Source: an uncultured Collinsella sp. (lineage in GTDB: Bacteria > Actinomycetota > Coriobacteriia > Coriobacteriales > Coriobacteriaceae). Taken from it: a stretch of DNA of 64,000 nucleotides. Location of the stretch: positions 366 to 64,365 of the forward strand of contig CAUCLI010000009.1 in the NCBI GenBank assembly GCA_958443615.1, in the 5' to 3' direction. Made by a program: the position numbers and the translations under genes. The notes under the pieces are model-generated. The model did not search any database. It saw only the letters and a program-made list of their open reading frames with translations, and was not told where the DNA came from. Below, piece by piece: positions 1-8,758 of the stretch (its first letter is position 1; every line of letters begins with the position of its first letter).

Positions 1-116
1 TGAAAGCGGCAAGACACCCCCCGGGCCCGGCCCTGCCATGTTCTCGACATGAGTAAGCCGCCGACCCTTGCGAGACGGCGGCTGTGGAACACACTGTGCG
101 ATAGGCGCGAGCTCGA

Positions 117-1049
117 TTACTTGCGCTCGAGCTTGCGGACGGTGACGCGCTTGGAGTACTCGTCGACGCGGCCGAAGTCACCCAGGCCGACGCTCTCGGC
201 GACGTTGGCGCCGGTGGCCATGGCGAGCTTCATGGCCTCCTCGACGTTGTCGCGGTCCTTGTACCACTTGAGCAGGAACGCTGCGAGCGTGCAGTCGCCG
301 GCGCAGACGGAGGACACGAGCTTGATGTTGAACTCGCGCTTGGCGTACCAGATGTCCTCGCCGTTGGAGAAGTAGGCGTCGCCGCGGCTGCCGCGGGTGA
401 GCAGGACGTTCTGGACGCCCTCGTCGTGAGCCATCTTCATGGCGACGCGGACCTCGTCGTCGGTGTTCACCGGGACGCCGAAGATCTCGCGCATCTCGTG
501 ATGGTTCGGCTTGATGAGAAGGGGCTTCTTGGAAGCGAGGCTCTTGAGCTTATCGGAGGAGAGGTCCAGGACGACGTCGGCACCGCGGGCCTGGGCATGG
601 TCCATGACCTGGTCCAGGAAGTCCTTGGACGCGCGCGGGGGCACGGAGCCGGAGACGATCAGGCAGTCCATGCCGGTGCTGGAATCGAGGATGCCGTAGA
701 GCTCCTCCTCATACTGAGGGGTCAGCGGGGCGCCGGGGTTCAGGACGCCGTACTCGTGCTCGCCGTCGTTGATGTAGGCGCAGATGCGGGTGACGCCGTC
801 GATCCAGACGGGACGGCACAGGCAGCCGAGGTTCATGGTCTCCTCGACGATGAACTTGCCGGTGAAGCCGCCGAAGAAGCCGAGGGCGACGGAGTCGACG
901 CCGAACTTCTTGAGGGCGAAGGACACGTCGAGGCCCTTGCCATTGGCGGTGTAGCTGGCGGAATTGGCGCGGACGTTCTCATCGGGGATGAGGGTGGGGC
1001 CGGCGACCGTCATGTCGACGGCGGGATTGGCGGTCAGGGTGTAAAACAT
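117..1049 (-). CDS. fruK: 1-phosphofructokinase / PfkB-family sugar kinase
   Basis: 310-aa ORF. N-terminus MFYTLTANPAVDMTV and NGKGLDVS match the FruK/LacC TLNPAxD and GKGxNV signatures. The C-terminal GAGD-like motif (VCAGDC) is typical of the ribokinase fold. It lies downstream of ptsH-ptsI on the same strand. Confidence 0.8.
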   Translation of the reverse strand: MFYTLTANPAVDMTVAGPTLIPDENVRANSASYTANGKGLDVSFALKKFGVDSVALGFFGGFTGKFIVEETMNLGCLCRPVWIDGVTRICAYINDGEHEYGVLNPGAPLTPQYEEELYGILDSSTGMDCLIVSGSVPPRASKDFLDQVMDHAQARGADVVLDLSSDKLKSLASKKPLLIKPNHHEMREIFGVPVNTDDEVRVAMKMAHDEGVQNVLLTRGSRGDAYFSNGEDIWYAKREFNIKLVSSVCAGDCTLAAFLLKWYKDRDNVEEAMKLAMATGANVAESVGLGDFGRVDEYSKRVTVRKLERK

Positions 1050-1199
1050 ACAGCCTCCTAGTTAGACGCACACTTCGTACAGCGTAGCGCATATCGAACA
1101 ACAATTACGAGGCATTTCTGATAAATCGATTTATCGTCACACATAAAGACGCCGGCCGCGCCCCGCTCGAAGGAGTGGGCCACAGCCGGCAAACAAGTC

Positions 1200-2903
1200 T
1201 TAACGGGCGGCAGCCTCGAGAAGCTCCTTGACCTCGGCGGCGGTGGAGCAGGCGAGCGCCTTCTCGGCGAGCTCGTCGCACTCGGCCTTGGTCCACTGGG
1301 AGATCGTCTTGCGGGCGCGCAGGATGCTCGGGGCGGACATGGAGAACTCCTCCAGGCCGAAGGAGATCAGCAGCGGCTCGAGCAGCGGGTCGGCAGCGGC
1401 CTCACCGCACATGCCCACCATGATGCCGGCCTTCACGCCGCTCTCGATGATGTTCTTGATCGAGCGCAGGACGGACGGGTAGTACACCTGGTACAGGTTG
1501 GAGATGTGGTCGTTACCGCGGTCGGCGCACATGGTGTAGCCGATCAGGTCGTTGGTGCCGATGGAGAAGAAGTCGGCCTCCTCGGCGAGCTTGTCGGCGA
1601 TGAGGGAGGCGGCGGGGGTCTCCATCATGACGCCGACCTCGATGTTGGCATCGTACTGGAAGCCCTCGGCCTCGAGCTCGGCCTTGCACTCCTCGACGAG
1701 GGCCTTGACGGCGCGGACCTCCTCGACGCAGGTGACGAGCGGGATCATGATCTTGACGTCACCGAAGGCACCGGCGCGCAGCAGGGCGCGGAGCTGGACC
1801 TTGTACTGGTCGACGTACTCGAGGCAGTAACGGACGGCGCGGAAGCCCATGAACGGGTTCTCCTCCGGCTCCATGGCGAGGTAGGGAATCGCCTTGTCGC
1901 CGCCCACGTCGAGCGTGCGGATGATGACCGGAGCGCCCTTCATGGCAGAGGCGACCTTGCGGTAAGCCTGGAACTGCTCCTCCTCGGAGGGAAGCTCGGT
2001 GGCGTCCATGAACAGGAACTCGGAGCGGAACAGGCCGATGGCCTCGCAATCGTGCTCGAGGGCGTTGGCGACGTCGTTCGGGCTGCCGATGTTGCAGCCG
2101 AGGATCTTCTTGATGCCGTCGGCGGTGAGGGTCTCCTGGCCGCGGAAGGCCTCCAGCGCCGCCTTCTCCTCGGCGAAAGCGCGGGCCTGGGCCTGGTAGT
2201 CGGCCATGACCTGATCCTCGGGCTCGGCGATGACGACGCCCTTGGAGCCGTCGACGATGACGGTCATGCCGTTGCGCAGGGCGGAGCAGCTGTTGGCCAC
2301 GGAAAGGACGGCCGGGATCTCCAGGGCGCGGGCGATGATCGCGGAGTGGGAGGTGCGGCCACCGGTCTCGGTGACGATGCCGGCGACGTGCTCCTTGTCG
2401 ATGGTCGCGGTCATGGACGGGGTGAGGTCATGCACGACGACAACGGTGTTCTCGGGCAGGACGGAGAGGTCGACGACCTCGACGCCCAGAAGCTCGGCGA
2501 GGATGCCGGTGCGGATGTCGGCGATGTCGGCGGCGCGGAGGCGGAACATCTCATCGTCCATGGAGAGGAACATGTTCTCGAACATGGTGGAGGCGTCCAC
2601 CAGGGCCTGCTCGGCGCAGGCGCCGCCGTCGATGGCGCCGTTGATGGCGTCGGTCATGCCCGGGTCCTGGGCAAGGATGATGTGGCCGGCCATGATCTCG
2701 GCCTCGTTCTCGCCCACGGCGACCTTCATGTGATCGGCCTGGGCCTGGGTCTTCTCGCAGAAGACGGCCAGAGCAGCCTGGTAGCGCTCCTTCTCGGCGA
2801 CGGTGTCGGACACCTCGCGGGGCTCGAAGGTCAAGTCGGGATCGACGGCCACCATGACGGTGCCGATGCCGATGCCCTCAGAAGCGTTAACTCCCTGGTA
2901 CAT
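1200..2903 (-). CDS. ptsI: PTS enzyme I (phosphoenolpyruvate-protein phosphotransferase)
   Basis: 567-aa ORF. N-terminus GVNASEGIGIG, phosphohistidine region TGGRTSHSAIIARALEIPAV, and C-terminal PEP-utilizer block FFSIGTNDL. Confidence 0.93.
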   Translation of the reverse strand: MYQGVNASEGIGIGTVMVAVDPDLTFEPREVSDTVAEKERYQAALAVFCEKTQAQADHMKVAVGENEAEIMAGHIILAQDPGMTDAINGAIDGGACAEQALVDASTMFENMFLSMDDEMFRLRAADIADIRTGILAELLGVEVVDLSVLPENTVVVVHDLTPSMTATIDKEHVAGIVTETGGRTSHSAIIARALEIPAVLSVANSCSALRNGMTVIVDGSKGVVIAEPEDQVMADYQAQARAFAEEKAALEAFRGQETLTADGIKKILGCNIGSPNDVANALEHDCEAIGLFRSEFLFMDATELPSEEEQFQAYRKVASAMKGAPVIIRTLDVGGDKAIPYLAMEPEENPFMGFRAVRYCLEYVDQYKVQLRALLRAGAFGDVKIMIPLVTCVEEVRAVKALVEECKAELEAEGFQYDANIEVGVMMETPAASLIADKLAEEADFFSIGTNDLIGYTMCADRGNDHISNLYQVYYPSVLRSIKNIIESGVKAGIMVGMCGEAAADPLLEPLLISFGLEEFSMSAPSILRARKTISQWTKAECDELAEKALACSTAAEVKELLEAAAR

Positions 2904-3039
2904 TGCGTTTCCTCTCTCCTATTCCCCGCCCGTGCGATGCGGGAAACAAAAATGCAGGCGCCCACGGGTTCGCGGACGCCTGCACATGTACACCTATGAA
3001 ATTAGATGCCTGTCACCTAAGACAATGCTCGCGCGCGAA

Positions 3040-3303
3040 CTACTCGCCGAGACCGCTCTTGATGAGCTCGATGGCGGCCGCGAGGGCCTCCTTCTCGTCA
3101 GCGCCGTCGCACTTGACCTCGACCTCGGTGCCGCAGGGGATGCCGGCGGCCATGAGGGCCATCGGGGACTTGCCGTTGACCTCCTTGTCGGGGGCGACGA
3201 CGGTGACCTCGGAGGCGAACTTGCCCATGGTGGAGGCGAAGAGGCCGGCGGGACGCATGTGGAGACCCTGCGGGTTGACGAGAGTGGCCTTATCAGAAAC
3301 CAT
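3040..3303 (-). CDS. ptsH: phosphocarrier protein HPr
   Basis: 87 aa. His-15 region NPQGLHMRPAG and a Ser-46-like region NGKSPMALM. Immediately upstream of ptsI. Confidence 0.9.
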   Translation of the reverse strand: MVSDKATLVNPQGLHMRPAGLFASTMGKFASEVTVVAPDKEVNGKSPMALMAAGIPCGTEVEVKCDGADEKEALAAAIELIKSGLGE

Positions 3304-3494
3304 AACTGACTCCTTTAGTGTGGCGCGCGCGGCGTGAACCGAGCGTGCTCATAAACACGACGGGTTCATTGTAATACGTTTGAGCAAAATTGGGGAGTGA
3401 GTTTAGGAGCTGCTGGGAAAGTGCCCCTTGCACCTCCCCGCGAAACAGGGCCATAAGCGTGACAACCATGCACTGCGCTGATACATCGCAAGGA

Positions 3495-3524
3495 TTCCAC
3501 TTTTAATGCCGAGTCGGTTATAAT
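3495..3524 (+). promoter_or_regulatory. candidate sigma-70-type promoter for tRNA-Arg
   Basis: TATAAT at 3519-3524, 12 nt before the tRNA 5' end. Weak -35 TTCCAC at 3495-3500 with 18-nt spacing. Confidence 0.35.
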
Positions 3525-3535
3525 GGCAATCATAT

Positions 3536-3612
3536 GCGCCATTAGCTCAGCTGGATAGAGCACCGGACTTCTAATCCGATGGTCGAGGGTTCGAATCCCC
3601 CATGGCGCACCA
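3536..3612 (+). tRNA. tRNA-Arg (anticodon TCT), CCA encoded
   Basis: Cloverleaf read by eye: acceptor GCGCCAT/ATGGCGC, D-arm GCTC..GAGC, anticodon loop CTTCTAA, T-loop TTCGAAT, 3' ACCA. Confidence 0.9.
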
Positions 3613-3686
3613 CGCCAATGACCGCCCGAGCCTCTCATCGATGCTCGGGTGCTTGCTATTTCTCGCTTGAACTGGAGCTCCGCAAT

Positions 3687-4663
3687 ATGGACATCGCAAC
3701 GCGTCCCTCGACAATCTCAATCGTCGTACCATGCTTCAACGAGCGCGAGAGCCTCCCCATCTTCCTGTCCGAGCTCTCGCGCGTCTCTTCCTCATTCAAA
3801 GACTCGACCCCCCCCCGCCTGAATTTGAGGTAATTCTCGTCGATGACGGATCGACAGACGGAACCCTCGACATCGTAAAAGAGCAGGCCAAGGTCCATAG
3901 CGAAGACTTCACCGTCAAGTGGATCTCGTTCTCGCGCAACTTCGGCAAGGAGGCGGCGTTGTTCGCCGGACTCTCCCGGGCATCTGGGGACTTCGTCGCC
4001 ACTATGGATGCCGACATGCAAGATCCCCCTTCCCTGCTGCCCCAAATGTACGAGATTCTCGCGACCGAGAATTACGACAGCGTCGCCACGCGCCGTACGA
4101 ACCGCGAGGGCGAACCTCCCATTCGGTCCTTTTTCGCCAGAATGTTCTACCGCATCATCAATCGAATATCAAAAGCCGACATCGTTGATGGCGCCCGGGA
4201 TTTCAGGCTCATGAACCGACCGATGGTAAATGCCATCCTCTCGATGCCCGAGTACAACCGGTTTTCCAAGGGCATCTACGGATGGGTGGGGTTCAGGACC
4301 AAGTGGCTTCCCTATGTGAATGTGCAACGCGTCGCCGGTGAGACGAAGTGGAATTTCTTCTCCCTGCTGCTCTACTCCATCGACGGGATCGTCGCCTTCT
4401 CGACCGTGCCTCTTTCCATCGCGTCCATCATGGGCACCGTCTTTTGCATCATCGCATTCATAGCACTCATATTCATCATCGTGAGGGCCCTTGTATTCGG
4501 AGATCCGGTGCAGGGCTGGCCATCGCTCGCCTCGATCATCATTTTCATTGGCGGAATACAGCTGCTGTGCCTGGGGATCATGGGGCAATATCTCGCGAAA
4601 ACCTATCTCGAAACCAAACGCCGACCGCTCTACGTGATCAAGGAGACCAGCGATGGAGACTAA
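3687..4663 (+). CDS. GT2 polyprenol-phosphate glycosyltransferase (GtrB/CsbB-like), frameshifted at a C9 tract in this assembly
   Basis: The N-terminal part MDIATRPSTISIVVPCFNERESLPIF from ATG 3687 is in one frame. The remainder, EFEVILVDDGSTDGT...MDADMQDPP plus two C-terminal TM helices, is in the 3731..4663 frame. The frames join at the C9 run 3808-3816, and one extra C would give an intact 325-aa protein. Confidence 0.85.
3808..3816 (+). repeat. poly-C homopolymer (C9) inside the GT2 coding sequence
   Basis: Counted directly: ccc at 3808-3810 plus cccccc at 3811-3816. Confidence 0.95.
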
Positions 4664-7148
4664 GACGGTCAAGCCGACCTCTCTTTCGGACAACAGACTC
4701 ATTTCGAGGTCAAGACGCGTGTTCTTTTGGTCGGCATGCGCATTCGCACCCATCGTCATGATTTGCGCGCTGTGCGCTTGGGGCGGCATATACCCCTTTG
4801 GACCTGAGTCGTTTTTAACTGAGGACCTTAAATACCAGTACATCGATTTCTTCACCTGGTATCGCGAGGTCCTTACGGGCGAGGCAAACATCTTTTACAG
4901 CTTCGCCCAGGGCTTGGGGTCCAATACCTGGGGTCTTTACAGCTACTACCTCGCAAGCCCGTTCAATCTGATTATTCTCCTGTTCGATGAGGACAGCCTC
5001 ACACTCGCGATCTTCATCATAGTCGCCCTCAAGCTTGCATCCATGAACGTAACGGCGACATGGTTTCTCAAGCGGCGCTTCGGGCTCACAGACACATGGT
5101 CGACCATCCTCGCGCTCTGTTACACCTGGTCGACCTGGAGCGTAACCAATCTGCGCAACCCGCTTTGGCTGGATGCCCTCATCATCCTGCCCCTCGCGGC
5201 CTGGGCGTGCTGGCGCCTCATTCGCAGGGGATCGTTCATCCCGCTCGCTGTGCTCATTGCCATCGACGTCATGTGTTGCTGGTACATGGCCTACATAACC
5301 CTGGTGTTTCTGTGCCTGTTCGCGCTGTTCGAGCTCGCGGTCTACCTCTTCGATGGCAACGAGGTGGACCGGCGCTGGGTGCTTGGGCGAGCCTGGAGAT
5401 TTACCGGAGCGGTATTTCTCGGGCTCGGCCTCGCCGCATGGACCTTTGTACCGACAATCCTGGCAATGCTCGGAGGAACGGGATCCAAGGGAATCTCGCC
5501 GTTCATCACGTATCCCACCTCCCTTATACGCGGATTCTTGCCCTGCGCATGGAATCTGAACCGTGTTCCCCAGTTCTACACCGGCATCATCCCGCTCGCC
5601 TTGGCCCTCGCGGCCCTGGGCAGCCGTCGCATCCCGCGCAAGACGCGCGCGTTGCTGTTCTGCTTTGCGGGCTTCCTCGCGGCGGCGTCGGTCTTCGGAC
5701 ATCTTGAATTCATCTGGTGCGGCATGCGCGTCCCCAACGGGTTCTACTCGCGAACTGCATTCCTTCTCGGGTTCCTCGAGATCTGGGCGGCTGGTCTCTT
5801 TCTCTCCAGTCGCGCATCGCACGTCCCATCTCGGCAATCGGGTGCGCACTACGCCACCCCGCGGGAGATCGAAAAGCGAAGCGCACTCCATGGAAAGCCG
5901 TGGGCTCTTCTTGCCGTGGGGGCCATCGCGCTCATCGACCTGATGTTCAATGCCCATGTCTGCATGAATCAGCTCTACGTCGGATATCCGCAGGATGCGC
6001 ATGAATCGTATATCACCGAGTCCGGCGATCAGATAACCCGCATCAAAGCATCCGACCCGAGCCCGTTCTGGCGCCTCGATAAGACCTACAACCGCATGGG
6101 AGCGGCGTTCAACGAGGGCATCTCCCTTGGCTTTTGCCAGCTCTCGACCTACTCCTCCGCGAACAGCCCGCATGCCGTCGCCCTGCTCAACAGCGTGGGC
6201 TACAGCAGTGAAGGCGAGTTCTCGAGCGTGTACGCCGCTCCCAACCTGTTCATGGACAGCATCCTTGGCGTCCGCTATGCGGCGACTTGGGGCACTCCGG
6301 CCGGATACATCCCCATGGATGTGGAGCCCTCGCAAAACGGAGCAACCTTCTCCCGCAACCCCTATGCGCTCTCGTTCGGGCTTCCCTCCGCCGCGAGCGC
6401 GGGGGAACTCGCCGCGCCGCTCGCGGGCGGCAACCCCTTCGAACGCATGAATGACCTTGCCCGACGACTGACAGGTGAAGACGTTCCGCTGTTCACCGAG
6501 CTCGAGGCCAACGTCACCCGAAGCGATTCCGACCATTTAGCCTGGGAGGTCCCCGTCCCCGCGGGCGCCACCGGATACGCCTATGTTCTCAAAGGCCCGG
6601 ATGCAGGCAGCTACCAACCCGTTCAACTGACAATCGACCAGCAGGTCATCGCACAGGAGGGGTGGCGTTTTGGAAACAACGTCCGGGAGCTGAACACGCC
6701 CGTTGAAAACGAGTCTTCAATACACCGCGTTGCGATCGATCCCGCAGAGGGCGCCGAGGGCGTTCCCGCGGGCACGGATTGCATCTTCTACGCACTCGAC
6801 ATGGACGTGTTCGATACGCTCGTGACGGCTCTGCGCGAGGCGCAGTTCGAACCCTCGTCATTCGAGGACGGATGGGTGGCGGGGACGTACCGCACCGACC
6901 AGCCAGCCACCCTCCTGCTCTCCATGCCCTATGACCGGGGATGGACTATCGTGATCGACGGGCAGCCGACCGAACTGCTCCCCGCCCTCGATGAGGGGAT
7001 GAGCGCCATCCAGGTCGACGAGGGCGAGCATCGGATCGAGATGAGCTACCGCTCACCCGGCCTCACCGTCGGCTGCGCGATAAGCGCGCTGTCGCTCTTC
7101 GCGCTGATTGCCTGCGCAATGCGGGCCATAAGCGCGAAGAGGTCCTAG
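4653..7148 (+). CDS. YfhO-family polytopic membrane glycosyltransferase (GT-C-like)
   Basis: 831 aa. N-terminal block PFGPESFLTEDLKYQYIDFFTWYREVL...FYSFAQGLGSNTWGLYSYYLASPFN is typical of YfhO. Many TM segments and a large C-terminal extracytoplasmic domain. Overlaps the stop of the GT2 gene by 11 nt. Confidence 0.8.
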   Translation: METKTVKPTSLSDNRLISRSRRVFFWSACAFAPIVMICALCAWGGIYPFGPESFLTEDLKYQYIDFFTWYREVLTGEANIFYSFAQGLGSNTWGLYSYYLASPFNLIILLFDEDSLTLAIFIIVALKLASMNVTATWFLKRRFGLTDTWSTILALCYTWSTWSVTNLRNPLWLDALIILPLAAWACWRLIRRGSFIPLAVLIAIDVMCCWYMAYITLVFLCLFALFELAVYLFDGNEVDRRWVLGRAWRFTGAVFLGLGLAAWTFVPTILAMLGGTGSKGISPFITYPTSLIRGFLPCAWNLNRVPQFYTGIIPLALALAALGSRRIPRKTRALLFCFAGFLAAASVFGHLEFIWCGMRVPNGFYSRTAFLLGFLEIWAAGLFLSSRASHVPSRQSGAHYATPREIEKRSALHGKPWALLAVGAIALIDLMFNAHVCMNQLYVGYPQDAHESYITESGDQITRIKASDPSPFWRLDKTYNRMGAAFNEGISLGFCQLSTYSSANSPHAVALLNSVGYSSEGEFSSVYAAPNLFMDSILGVRYAATWGTPAGYIPMDVEPSQNGATFSRNPYALSFGLPSAASAGELAAPLAGGNPFERMNDLARRLTGEDVPLFTELEANVTRSDSDHLAWEVPVPAGATGYAYVLKGPDAGSYQPVQLTIDQQVIAQEGWRFGNNVRELNTPVENESSIHRVAIDPAEGAEGVPAGTDCIFYALDMDVFDTLVTALREAQFEPSSFEDGWVAGTYRTDQPATLLLSMPYDRGWTIVIDGQPTELLPALDEGMSAIQVDEGEHRIEMSYRSPGLTVGCAISALSLFALIACAMRAISAKRS

Positions 7149-8728
7149 GCTCGAAGATTCGGGGCGCGAACCTCCGCGGAATCCCACATGCGCAGCCACC
7201 CCGGAACGGCGAGCAGGACGAAGTACGGGGCGTAAAGGAAGACGTAGCGCGCACGCGCCTCGAAGATGAGCAGGAAGACCATAAGCATAAGCAGGGAAAG
7301 CTGCATGACCGCCCGGCGATTTCCGCCGCCTGCGGGGGCCGCGGCGCATCCAATCAGGGTTGCGATCCAGCACACCTGGCATACCACCTCGTACTCCAAG
7401 CCGCTACCGGGCCGCGCGCCCACCTCGCCCGTGCCGTACCAGTCTTGCACGGCACCGATGCGCCCCCGCTGCTGGAGATAGAAGTCGCCCTCGCATTCCC
7501 AGGCGAAGGTGCCGTCAGCAAAGTTCGTCAGGGCCTTGCGTAGCCCCAACGACGCGACGCCCGAGGGGCCCAGGTCCTGGATTCGCCGGAGCCAACGCTC
7601 GATATTCGCACGGGAGCGGTCGCCGGGATTGTCGAAGGAATGCGAATACTCGACATCGTCGAGGGAGAAACCGCCTCCGGCGGCATCATTCGCACCCATC
7701 ATGAGGAAATGCGTCATCGAGAACGCCCGATCGGGATCGGCGTCAAAGCTCCAAGCCTTGACGGCGGAGCAGCCGCACCAAAGCGCCACGGCAACCAACA
7801 CGGACGCGGCGGCCGTCTTTGCGACACCCAGCACCTTGGCCTTGTCCGAGCCGACAGTGCGCCACTCCCTCAGGGCGCGAACCGCTCGGGGAACCATGAG
7901 CAGCACGACGGCGAGGGCGGGGAACACGATGGTCGGCTTGACCATGTACCCCACCACGGTGAACGCGGTCATTCCCACCGCACGGCGCATCGGCGTCCTC
8001 GCGCACACATAGCAGTACAAAACCGCCGATGTGAAGAACATCCCGATCGAATCCGAATACGGGACCATGACCCAGCCATTCAGGCCGAGATAGACGAAGG
8101 CGACGGGCGCGAACATGAGCACGCCGCTCGGTCCCCAGAGCTCGCGAGCCACGCACAGGCACGCTGCAAGGGCGATCGTCACACACAGGCAGCCGACCGC
8201 CGCCAAGACGGGATATGAGGATACGCCGAGAGCCCCGCACGCCATATCGACGGCGGAAAAGAGCGCATAGAGAAACAATTGATTAGGGTAGCCGCCAAAA
8301 TACACGCTTGACTCGGAGAGGTAGTCCCCGTGCGTATAGGCCCTCGGCAAGGTGAGCCACCACACATCCCAGCCGGTACTGAAGCGCGCGCCAATGAGCA
8401 CGAACGCCTGACATACGAACAGCACAGCGACGAACCCCAGCACAAAACGCCTGAAGACCCGGTCATCTCTCAAATCAACGTCGAATCGACGCAACGCCGC
8501 GGCGGCGAAAAGACCAAGCGCCAGCGGCACCAAGAGCGAGGCGGCGGCCATAAGCCACGAGCCCTCCGCCAGCCACTCCTTGCGGCAAAGATACGCAACC
8601 GATGGGGCGACCGCCACAATCAGAAAGACGATGCCGATTGTGGCGACCTTGAACGTCATGTGCACAGCTCGGTCGAGCAGCGTGTCGCGCCCGAATTCGC
8701 TTTCGCTACCGTTTTCGATTACAGACAA
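7145..8728 (-). CDS. polytopic membrane protein, probable GT-C-type glycosyltransferase (ArnT/PMT-like)
   Basis: 527 aa, at least 10 hydrophobic segments and a soluble C-terminal region. Last gene of the minus-strand glycan operon. Family assignment is tentative. Confidence 0.5.
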   Translation of the reverse strand: MSVIENGSESEFGRDTLLDRAVHMTFKVATIGIVFLIVAVAPSVAYLCRKEWLAEGSWLMAAASLLVPLALGLFAAAALRRFDVDLRDDRVFRRFVLGFVAVLFVCQAFVLIGARFSTGWDVWWLTLPRAYTHGDYLSESSVYFGGYPNQLFLYALFSAVDMACGALGVSSYPVLAAVGCLCVTIALAACLCVARELWGPSGVLMFAPVAFVYLGLNGWVMVPYSDSIGMFFTSAVLYCYVCARTPMRRAVGMTAFTVVGYMVKPTIVFPALAVVLLMVPRAVRALREWRTVGSDKAKVLGVAKTAAASVLVAVALWCGCSAVKAWSFDADPDRAFSMTHFLMMGANDAAGGGFSLDDVEYSHSFDNPGDRSRANIERWLRRIQDLGPSGVASLGLRKALTNFADGTFAWECEGDFYLQQRGRIGAVQDWYGTGEVGARPGSGLEYEVVCQVCWIATLIGCAAAPAGGGNRRAVMQLSLLMLMVFLLIFEARARYVFLYAPYFVLLAVPGWLRMWDSAEVRAPNLRA

Positions 8729-8758
8729 GAGCGCCCCCTGGCGATCGATGGGGATCCC

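Noticed and set aside
426-1061. 211-aa plus-strand ORF antisense to fruK, with similar long antisense ORFs at 1506..2999 and 2230..2733
   Set aside because: The translations are G/A/V/D/L-rich low-complexity sequence typical of the antisense frame of very high-GC genes. The opposite strand encodes proteins with clear conserved motifs (FruK, PtsI).
3366-3638. 90-aa minus-strand ORF overlapping tRNA-Arg
   Set aside because: It overlaps a bona fide tRNA gene and has no coding signal.
4815-6536. 573-aa minus-strand ORF inside yfhO
   Set aside because: It is an antisense artefact. The plus frame has YfhO signatures and a coherent TM pattern.
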